Part shown: positions 26,778 through 36,833 of the stretch, piece by piece
How the letters are laid out: every line of letters starts with the position of its first letter
Position numbering within the stretch: the first letter of the stretch is position 1
Position numbers and translations under genes: made by a program
From: Felis catus
Lineage: Eukaryota
Length of the DNA: 64,000 nt
NCBI RefSeq assembly: GCF_018350175.1
Contig: NC_058368.1
Span: 158,102,001 to 158,166,000, forward strand
Reading direction: 5' to 3'
Notes under the pieces: model-generated
Database searches by the model: none
Told to the model about the DNA's origin: nothing
What the model saw: the letters and a program-made list of their open reading frames with translations, nothing else

Positions 26778-28144
26778 AAAATCTTAGGCGTCTTCATTGT
26801 GATTCTCTATTACTAGGTCTTGCTCAAAGGTCCATATGGCATCTCTATTTGCTGCACACACTATAAGTATTATTGGATCTAATAGATAATATGGCTTAAG
26901 TGGCAGAGCAGATTGCCTTCTTGAAACTGGAAGAAGCCTTATAGGTGATTCCAGATTGACCAAAGCAACATATATTGTCTCCAAAATCCAAAAAAAAAAA
27001 AAAAGACTATAAAGTATTGTAACCTCCTTTTAGTGGCAGGGATATAAGATTCAGCAACTTGTATTTCATCTTGGAATAGATATCCCAACATTCCCAAGAT
27101 CACTGAGCTCAGAAATTTCACTCAAGTAATGGGCTCCCGAATTGTTGAGGGGTTTATCTCCCACTCTCTAGTTTGCATATGCCTTCCTAAATCATCTGAA
27201 ATGTTTGCTATTATCTGCTTATCAGATCCAGTTAGCATAATGTCACCAATATAGTAGACCAGTGTGTTTTGTGAAACGTCAATTTAATCAAGATCTCTAT
27301 GGGCTGTATTATATAGCAAGGAACAGGAGAACTGACATAGCTCTAAGGCAAGGCTATGAAAGTGAACTATGCCATACCATATAAAAGGAAAGTGCTTCAT
27401 GAAGTCCTTGCAAATTACTATGGGGAAAAGGAGATTTTCCAGATTGAAGCCAGAAAGCAAGTGCCACAGACCATATTGATTTTATTAGTGAAGATATATC
27501 TGGGACAGCAATTGTAATTGGAGTCACTCCCTAATTAAGTTTATAATGGTCTATAGCTATTCTCCAAGATCCATCTGACTTCACAAGCAAAAGAGATTAA
27601 TCAAATGGGGTTATAATAGGTTACCACCCTACTTCTTTCAAATCTTCAATGGTCTTAATGTTAATAATTTCCCTGAGGATGCCATATTGGTTTTGGTTCA
27701 CTATCTTGGTAGGAAGTGGAAGGAAATTCTAGGGTCTGAGATTCAATGTGGGGATTCTATTAGTTGTCCAGTATGTCTGTTCCCATTGTACACTCAAGAC
27801 CTGAGTAAATAAACACAAGGGAAGGTCCTTGGGCCAGCTTGGTACAGTGTTAGTAAACTTGAGCTAAAATTCCATCTAATACCTGCAACCATAGCCCCAC
27901 TTTACATTGGTCATAATAGTATTTTGGTATCCCGGGGATTAGTCAATTCAGAGCCAATGTCTAGTACTCCCCCCAAATCTGGGTATTTCCTTTTACCCAA
28001 TGTACAATAATTTTAAGGCCTTTGGCAAAGTCTTGGAGAAAGATTTACATTCCATATTTCCAATATTTGATAAGATGAGACCCACCCTCCCCTCCAATGA
28101 AGAGCTTTGGGGTTTATGAATTAACATAGATCAGAAATGAGTGA

Positions 28145-28384
28145 GGGGTGCCTAGATGGCTCAGTCAGTTAAGTGTTCAACTTCTGCTCAGGTAATGATC
28201 TCACGGTTCGTGAGTTCGAGCTACGCATTGGGCTCTGTGCTGACAGCTGGAACCTAGAGACTGCTTATGATTCTGTGTCTTCCTCTCTCTGCCCCTCCCC
28301 TGCTCATGCTTTGTATCTCTCTTTCCCTCCTCCCTTCCTCCCTCTCTCTCTCTCTCAAAAATAAACATTAAAAAAGAAAAAAAA
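28145..28384 (+). mobile_element. CanSINE (SINEC_Fc-like) inserted in ERV-L
   Basis: Head, CT tract, poly-A; TSD aga(a/t)atgagtgag. Confidence 0.95.
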
Positions 28385-28427
28385 GATATGAGTGAGAGGC
28401 TATGATTCTCCACTTTCATGATCATCG

Positions 28428-28533
28428 TGACCTTGGACTTTCAGCTCCCAGAAATGTGAGAAATAAATTTCTGTTACTCATAAGCTACCCAGTCTGTGGT
28501 ATTTTGTTATGGTAGCCCTAATGGACTAAGGCA
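28428..28533 (+). mobile_element. MLT1A/B-type MaLR LTR 3' fragment
   Basis: 'ccttggactttcagctcccagaaatgtgagaaataaatttctgtt...cccagtctgtggtattttgttatggtagccctaatggactaag'. Confidence 0.85.
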
Positions 28534-28534
28534 A

Positions 28535-28890
28535 TACCCATTACAATGGAATTGGTTAAACGCTTATGCTACCTCCATTCATTTGGCTCATTAAAAAAAA
28601 TAATAAGGTCATTTGGGGTATGAAATTATGTCCAAGAAATATTTTTAAGTGAAAAAGATTAAGGTGCAGACCATTTGTATAGCTTTATACTTTTTTGCAA
28701 ATATTTATATGTATGTGTGAACATGGAGTTCCCTGGAAGGTGACAAAAGAAACTGGTAATGGTGGTTTTCTCCAAGAAAGTGAACTGTTGAACTGTTGGA
28801 AGTGGGAGTGAGACATATTTGTTATTATGTTACATTTAGATACTTTTGAATTTTGTGCCATATTAAATGTATTACCTCCACAAAAATGTA
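28535..28890 (+). mobile_element. L1ME-type 3' end fragment
   Basis: 'ccaagaaatatttttaagtgaaaaag...aagaaactggtaatggtggtt...ttttgaattttgtgccat'. Confidence 0.65.
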
Positions 28891-28904
28891 AATATGGTTT
28901 ATTT

Positions 28905-29005
28905 CTTAAATTTTTGTTTTAAGTAAGCTCTATGCCCATTGTGGGGCTTGAAGTCACAATCCTGAGATCAAGAGTCTCTACCAACTGAGCCAGACAGGCA
29001 ACCCA
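28905..29005 (-). mobile_element. Short tRNA-Lys-like CanSINE variant
   Basis: 'gtggggcttgaagtcacaatcctgagatcaagagtctctaccaactgagcca', antisense tRNA-like head; no CT tract. Confidence 0.75.
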
Positions 29006-30695
29006 TATAATCTTTTTAAAATTAAATATACTAGTGACGCTCACTAAGGCAATTACTGGATCCCACTGTTAATTGGATTTTAAAGAACACATTTTGTCCA
29101 GGAGGCTCCTCCTGTACCAAACCTGCCCTCCCTATTCAAGGGTTTGGGCAGAGGGACATTGGTGAGATCTCTTGAGCTTACACAGACCTGTGTCCTGATC
29201 TGATCTGTGGATATGGAGATGTATGTCTCTTGTATTTCACTGACCATGTTGGCAGCACTCTTTGCTGTCAGCAGGTTGTGGAGAGTATTCATCATAGAAG
29301 GTGCTACTTAAATTTCTGAGCTATGTAGTGATGATGTGGTCTCAATAGGAAAGGACTTTCCCAGACCATTATAAATATCAGTTTGGTTCCATCAAGGGGC
29401 TTTGTCTCATGATACATTTCATAAAGAATGCTGTCTTCTACATAATGACTTTATTAGACTGTCACCTCTACTTCTGAACAATGGTTAATATGCAAGAGAG
29501 AAATATGCTTTTATTAATCACACAGGGTCACCAAATGCCTTAGTTTTACAGGAAATAGGTTCAGTGAGGTCTCCTTTTATGCCTCTCCAACTATAAGGAG
29601 CATAGGACACTTTTGTTCAGCATCTTTTTGTTTGTTTGCTCAGGAGATATAATGGATATCTCTCACAATGTATCAATTCCAGGGAAAAGGTTAGCTGACA
29701 ACAAGATCTTCAAATCGACTTTTTCACTTGGGTCTGTTCTGATTCCAAAGACTGTTTTCTGAAGCTTGCTTGGTTTTCCAGACTTTTTTTCTATTTTAAA
29801 CAGAACCCCATCCTGGTTGCCAGAAAATATTTTGTGTTCAAGAGTTTTAAGATAGATTTAAAGAGCAAGCAGACTTTCATTTTTTTTAAGAGCAAGCAGA
29901 CATTAAACCAAATAACACTTTGCCATAACAAAAATCCTTCAGGCTAAACTCAGCTCTGAATTACTGAGGCATTCATCTAGAGAACACATTCATTAAGACT
30001 CCAACCTAAACATCACCTTTTCTGTGAAGTATCTACCAGTTTACCCAAGCAGAGTTATTCTCTCCTTCCTCTACCCTTTCAAAACATGCCCGTACCTTGA
30101 CTAAAATATGCATCACATGAGGTTATAGGCATTTCTTTATAAAATTTGCTTGTCTCTCTGACCCATGTCTAGCTATTATGAATAGCTAGAGCAAAACAGC
30201 AGCTAAATGTTACTGGTTAACACAATACTTGATCCATTATAATTACTCTGTAATTGATAAATGAGTGAATAAATGAAGTGGTACTGAGCCCTCTCAGAAA
30301 AAAAGCATTTAAATAGATGAACCCTGGGGGGTGTCAGAAAGGGACATTGAAAATAGACTGCCAAATTTTTCTGGAGCCAACCTAGAGAATGCACAGAACA
30401 AGTACATGAGAGGTCTGCAATCTCCCCATGAGACAGACAGGGCAAAAGGGAATACCTACCCACCTACGGGATAATTGGTGCTCAAATCAAACCTAGAAAT
30501 CCTATATTCACTCCCTTTTAGTGAGAAGCCTCTCTGCCTGGCTAGAATTTCAACAGACATATTTCCAACTGGCTTTATTATCATGACCCAAATATAAATA
30601 TCATGGCAGGAGCCCATGAGGTGGGAGCACAATTTATCCTAACTGAAAATAGAGGCAGAAAGCATCAGCCTTAGTATCCTTGAATCTAGAGTGGC

Positions 30696-30720
30696 GTTGC
30701 CATAGCAACCAGCTGAGTCA
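30696..30720. promoter_or_regulatory. RFX X-box (GTTGCCATAGCAAC) adjacent to an AP-1/ARE-like site (GCTGAGTCA)
   Basis: Exact motif text at 30696-30709 and 30712-30720 in apparently non-repetitive DNA; function is inferred. Confidence 0.5.
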
Positions 30721-31159
30721 CTAATGAAAAAAGAACAGTTGCACTATGACTAGGCTGACATTCTGTGACATTCTCTTATTTTACTGTAGCTCTAATGATG
30801 TCTTCAGTAGGAATGACAGAGTGGAAAGGGTCTGACCTCTCTATTAAACCTGCAACTGGTTTGACACGCTCTGCCTTTAGCCTAATGAATGTGAATTTCT
30901 GTGTGTGAATTCTGCCTTAGAGAAAAGCACTTTAGGAATTTGTCTGATACATATATTAGACTTGTTGATTCCATTGTTCCTTTAATGTAATCCCTTCTCT
31001 TTCAAATTAACATGGTAATGAAGCAGATGAGCCCCAAAAGCAAAACAGGAAGGGCAAAAATTAGTGAGAAGACATGACAGGGTGGTGCTAATCCATCACT
31101 GGTGACACGAAATTGGAGAAAACAACCAGAAGCCCCTTCTTTTTTTTTTTCCTGTACTT

Positions 31160-31287
31160 ATTCTTTCTTTTTCTTTTTTTTTTTAATTGAAGTATTGTTG
31201 ACACACAACATTACACTAGTTTCAGGTATATAAGAGTTACTCAACAACTCTCTGGTTATGCTATGTTCGCCACAACTATGGCTACTA
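31160..31287 (-). mobile_element. Very short carnivore L1 3' end
   Basis: Poly-T, then 'aattgaagtattgttgacacacaacattacactagtttcaggt'. Confidence 0.75.
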
Positions 31288-34200
31288 GCTTCTGCTCCTT
31301 GTTCAAACAGGATGAACCACAGGCATTTAAGCGAAAAAGCTGGCATCCTCTGCAAAGACAGAGAGGATCTTCTGGAAATATGGTCTGAGAGTTTCGTGAT
31401 CCATATTCTCTTACTAGTCACTATATTCAGAGCACTGAGCTAGGCACCACAGGGTGTTACAAAGGATATCCTCAAGTCATTTAAAGTTTAAAGCTAAAGG
31501 AGGGGTGGAAAGGGTTAGTAACTTGAAAAGTATATAGACTACACATGGCCCCTACTACTGCCCAAAACCTGGTACAGAAACCAGCATGTTTGTATTTGCA
31601 AGTTTGAAAACTTAAAATTGATAAAATGTACAACTGCCATAACTTTGAGTATACAAATGGAGTTTAAAAATAAAATGAATCAAGACACTGTCATTGGGTT
31701 TGTAAAACAGTGAGAATGTTTTATTTATGTATTTTTTTCCACATGTACTTGTTTGCAAACATATGAACCTGTTTTAAGCCCAACATTGAGTTGCTTTCAT
31801 CTGCACAAGAAGGGCCAAGAGAACTGGTGTCAGCATTTGCTGCAAATTATGTGGGAGTTTCTGAATTTGAGTGTAGGCATATACATTTCTTTATCAGCAG
31901 GAAAGAGGAGAGCTCATTCATTATTAAAGCAGCCTTCTAGCTAGTCTTTCATCAGCATAACACTGCTAAACTAATTTTCTTAGCCTATGACTTGAATTAT
32001 GTTATTCCTGTCCTCAAGATCTTAATTTACCACTTTTACAATGTCACTCTCTCCTAGCTCTTATAGATGATGGTTCCCCACTGCAAATGGAATCACACCT
32101 AATTCTGCTCCCTGATTTGCAATGCCCTCTACAGTTTTGCCCCAGCATTTCTATCCACACATATTTCCTATTCCTACCAGTGCCAGCCCTTCCTTCCTGC
32201 CAGACTCTGTACCCCCTGACCACAAAACGGCATTACCAGTTCTCATCTCCATAGTCTTCCCCTTGCACATCCAATCCTAACACATCCTTTGAGAAACTGT
32301 AAATGCTACTTCCTCCATAAGGATATCCTCTTACTGGCTTTTGCTTTTGTAAATCAGGGCTTTCACTCAGTTGACTGCTCACCATTTTCTTAACACGTGC
32401 TTACTTTTTCTATTGACTAAATTGCTTGCTTGCCTTTTGAGAGCAGGCTTTATATTGTGTCTTTATTTCATGTACATACTCCATTCATTTACAGTCAGTC
32501 ATGCCATAATGCATTAATTCGATAAACATCCATGAACATTAGGCCGTGGGAGAGCTAATGACCTGTAGGCAATTTCTGTAGACATTTAGAGTATGCAGTG
32601 TCAGGCATACAGACAGGGGTTGATGCAGACAGATTGTTAGGACCCAGCTGATACAGATGTTTTAGAGTCATCTAAGGATTTTGTAATTTATATTAAACCC
32701 TGCTTTGGCAGAGCTTTGGAGTCCCATGGAGGGGAGGGGACAGCAAGGTGGTGGGTGACTTTTTTTTTCCTGATTTAACCATAGCACTTTTGCTTTCCTC
32801 CACCCTATGGATTTAGATTTCTCAGCGTTTGGGTTAAAATTTCTTCTGAAGAAAGGGCGCTTTTTGACTGAGCTTAGTTTGGAAACCTCTTTTTTGGGTA
32901 ATGGAGAGCAGTTAATATTGTTAAATGGAAAGGGACAAGCAGGTTCTGCCTCTGAGTAGAGACTGAATCCACACCAGGAAGTTAGGGATCCTTAGTCCTC
33001 TAGAGGCTCTCACACCACCGTGCATCTTTGACAGATGTGCTATCACTATTTGTTTGCTAGTAAGAGGCAGAAAGTAAAGGTGGTTGATTAATCCCTTTAC
33101 TACTAAGAGGGTTTGGGAGTATTCTGGCATTGTATTTTGCCCTCATTCACCCCAAAGTAAAGTACTTCCTTCTTCACTCTTCTTTCTGTGCATATTTCTT
33201 TTGTTTTCATGGGGTTCTTTACTTTGCCACACAAGGAGGTATTTGAAAGGACTGGAGAAGAAACTAAAATGGATGCCTGTCAACATGTATGATAACTAAA
33301 TCAATACCTATGGAGAATATCATTAACCAAAACCAAGCAGAAGGGACAGTGGAAATTGTATGGAAAGAGAATAATATATGTAGGAGTAATTAGCACAGGA
33401 AATCAGCACAGCCTTTGATGTTGTGTCAGAGCCAAAAATAGAAGAGTGCTCTGCCACAAAGCAGCAGCTACGCTCTGTGCAGACCATGTCTTCTCTGGAC
33501 ACTGCGCACCGGGAACACAGACCTCTGGCTGCCACCTCCTCAGCTGTTTTTGTTTGTTACACATTTTAGGATAATGAGTGGGAGAAACTCCCTGAGGGTT
33601 CCTAGGTACCAAACAATAGAAATAAACTTCATTTTATAGAAACAGACGTTTAAATAATGTGCCTGCCCCTCTTGCTGCCGAAAGAAATAGCACAATGAGA
33701 GACCTTCTCACTCATGGATCTGTTTCTGCCACAAAACATGTGACGTATGTGGCAATCAGGAAGACAGGTCTTGTTCGAGTGACAAGTATTCATGCTTGGA
33801 AGTGAGATGTGCTGTGTGCAAATTCTGGGTCAGCCATTTGAGGATAGAGGAACAATATCCCATAGGATCCGTAAAAGTACTTACAGTTAGTGCAGTCTTC
33901 ATTTGGACAGCCCTCAGCACTGTTTTACTATTTGGATAGAACTGTTTACTGCCTGCCTACCCTCTTACATGTGCACAGAACAAATTTCTCCTATGAGCCG
34001 GTGAACTGGAAGTCTGATTATGGCCCTGGCTTGACATTACACCTCACCTGTTTTGTTCGCCTGAAGCAGGTGGCACCTGGCTCGCAATCATATTTCTTAG
34101 TCTGAGACTTTCTAAGTCTAATTCCATCTGACTGACATCACAGTGACAGGTTGTCTCCTCAGATATAACAAAGATGAATTTATAGCTTGATCTAAAATCA

Positions 34201-34539
34201 GTAGCTCCTTTGTGAATGTTGAACAGTACTGTGGACGAGAACCTCACGTTTATAAACTTGTACATCTGCCTCACAAGACTGTGAGATCCTTAACATCCTT
34301 GCGAAAAGGGCTTATGTTTTGTTCACCACTGAATGTCCTATGCTAAACAGAGTAGGCATTCAAAAAAGTTTACTAAATGAATTTCAAGACCAATAACATA
34401 ACACCACTCATGTAGTCACAGTTTTTCCCATCACACTAGCTGGTGAGGAAGGCAGTGTTCTTCACTGATCACGGAGCTGTGGCCTAGATTAGTGTTGTAG
34501 AGATTGATGTTGGTAAAAGATAGTGCATTGTTCCAGCTT

Positions 34540-35030
34540 CTATACCCCTACCCTCATTTACTTTCCTTCATAGCTCTTGTTCCTCCTTTTCATATTATAT
34601 TCTTGTTCACTTACTTGTTTATTTTCTGCCTATCCAAATGGAATTTAAATTACATAAGGGCAAGAAATTTTTATCTTTACTGATGCATCCTAAAACAGTA
34701 CCTAGCATATATTCAGCGCTTAATTTGTATTTTGAACATATTAATATAGGATCAGTTAGTAAATGAATTGTTGAATGCAATTAGTTAATTAATTAATTAA
34801 TTAATAGACACTTAACTTGTGCCAGCAATTGTAGCTAGATGCTTTATAAAATATTTAACACTTAAATCCAAGGTCAACCCTGTCAGGTAAATGTTGCTTT
34901 TGTAGATTTGACATGTGGAAACTGAGGCTCAGAGAGGTTAAATAATTTGCCCAAAAGACATGCACAAGTAAGCTGCAGACCCAAGATTTTAACCTGGTTC
35001 TTTCTGATTACACAACTTGTGCCATTTTTT
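34540..35030. mobile_element. L2 3' end (+) followed by MIR (-)
   Basis: 'aaacagtacctagcatatattcagcgct' (L2); 'ggaaactgaggctcagagaggttaaataatttgcccaa' (MIR). Confidence 0.7.
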
Positions 35031-36001
35031 TTTTTTTACAACATTTCACTTTGTTCAAAAGCTATAGTCAGGTAGCTTCACAGCCTTGAAAGATACAACT
35101 GTGGAAAGGGCTTTTAAGGGAGACTATTCAGTAACACTTTTGTGTGGAGTTTGGGATCATCTGGTCTTCTCTTTCCCTATCCCCTCAGCTACATTTGACT
35201 TGGGTATCAAAACAAGACTTGCATGGGTACATTGGCTGAAAATAAAGCTTACCTGCTGCTAGTCTCTGCTCCTTGGACAGTTTTATTCTTTCCTCACTGT
35301 GTGCCAGCCAGAAGAACAGCTGTGAGCCTGTCAAGAGCTGAGGGGAGTTCTGTATTTGTCTACCAAGTGTCTGCAAACCTTGGGGCCATAGCTCACAGCA
35401 CCATGCACAGCCTACTGGGACTTGGTGAGACAACGGGAAGAAGGATTAAATGAATAACAAGTGTATTCAGGACAAAATAGAAATAAACCAGGTAGGGAGT
35501 TGAGTGGTGACAAGAAGAGGTTACCTGATGACTAATTGGGAAGAAGGACAAAAGCTGTGATCCTGAAGGACAGGGTGGAGCAACATGTGATGTGGGTAAC
35601 TGCTGTGGTTGCTGAGTCTATCCCATCAGGTGCTTTTTTTCTTTTTTAACTTTTTCTGGTTTATGCCCTTGAGCTGTGCACTGGATGTGATGACTCAGCT
35701 GGTAAGAGCCAGATGGTTTTCTACTATATCTTTATGGGAGTCCCCAGAAAGACAAAAATTTGAACTTTAAGACATCTTCAGTTGCCTTGAAATTTTAATT
35801 CTTTCTGTTTTTTTGTCTTTTTATGCTTCTTAATGAGGTATAATTTACATAAAATAACAAGCACAGATCATAAATGCACAATCTGATGAATGTCGACAAA
35901 GGTGCATACCCATGTAACCCACACCGCAAACAGGTTAGAAAATATTGACACCAGCTTAGAAAGTTCCCTTGTGCCCCTAGTATGTACTCTGTTTCTGGCT
36001 T

Positions 36002-36125
36002 CTTTTTTTTTTATTTTATGTTTTAACATTTATTCATTTTTGAGAGACAGACACGAGAGTGTGAGTAGGGGAGGGGCAGAGAGACAGGGAGACACAGAAT
36101 CTTAAGTAGGCCCCAGGCCCTGAGC
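36002..36125 (-). mobile_element. CanSINE 3' half only (head missing)
   Basis: T-rich tail, 'gagagacagacacgagagtgtgagtaggggaggggcagagaga...ggccccaggccctgagc', then abrupt switch to L1. Confidence 0.9.
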
Positions 36126-36743
36126 AAGTTGTTTTGTCTAAGATATTTGCCCATTTTCTAATTGGGTTGATTGGTTTTGTCCTGTTGGATTTTGTTAGTT
36201 CTTTATACATTCTAGGTACTAGAATTTGTTGAATTTATCTCATCAATTATTGAATACAGGGTTTGCAAAATTTTTCTCCCATTACGTAGCTTTTCTTTTC
36301 ATCTTTTTAACAATGGCTTCCACATAGCAATAGTGTTCATTTTGATGAGGCCCAACATACCCGTTTTTCCTGGTGTGGATTGTACTTCCTGTGTCAAGCC
36401 TAGGAACTCTGCCTAGCCCCAGATTCCCAAAATTTTCTCCTGTTTTTTTCTAAAACTTTTATAATTTTACATTTTAGATTTATGTCCATGATCCATTTTT
36501 GGTGGACTTTTGTATAAGGTGTGAAGGTTAGGTCAAGATTTGTCCCTTTGCCTGTGGATGTCCAATTGCTCTGGCACCATTTATTAAAAAGGCTGCACTT
36601 CCTCCATTAAATTGTTTTTGCACATTTGTCAAAAACTAGGTCAGCATATTTGTATAGGTCTATTTCTGGGTTCTCTCTTATGTTCTATTGATACATGTGT
36701 CTACACTCTGTCTGTGCCTTTCCAAATGGTAGAATAAACTTGT

Positions 36744-36800
<57 letters not shown>

Positions 36801-36833
36801 AGAGGGAGAGAGAAAGAGAGAGAGAGAGAGAGA
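36744..36833. repeat. (GATA)n followed by (GA)n compound microsatellite
   Basis: Direct reading. Confidence 0.97.

Larger units (their letters stand above)
25652..28420 (-). mobile_element. ERV-L internal relic: protease, RT, RNase H and integrase N-terminus (degenerate)
   Basis: Minus-strand peptides VHWVKGN..LDIGSELT (27964-27941), DGSWRIAIDHYKLN (~27575-27535), TLVYYIGDIML (YIGD 27253-27242), FTDESAYY (from ~26194), QPLSPATSVLAQWAYE and LPLTKA (~25795-25675) match HERV-L/MuERV-L Pol. Confidence 0.9.

Noticed and set aside
28920..29005. tRNA-Lys-like sequence as a tRNA gene
   Set aside because: Internally deleted, diverged and followed by an A-rich tail; SINE/retrocopy. The same applies to the other CanSINE heads
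31311..31382. Possible plus-strand exon (caaacag|GATGAACC...ATATG|gtctga)
   Set aside because: Weak donor, no recognisable peptide and no partner exons; unsupported without RNA data
35189..35453. Possible exon/ORF after a polypyrimidine tract (cccctcag|) with donor gtgaga
   Set aside because: Peptide not recognisable; such splice-like pairs are common by chance
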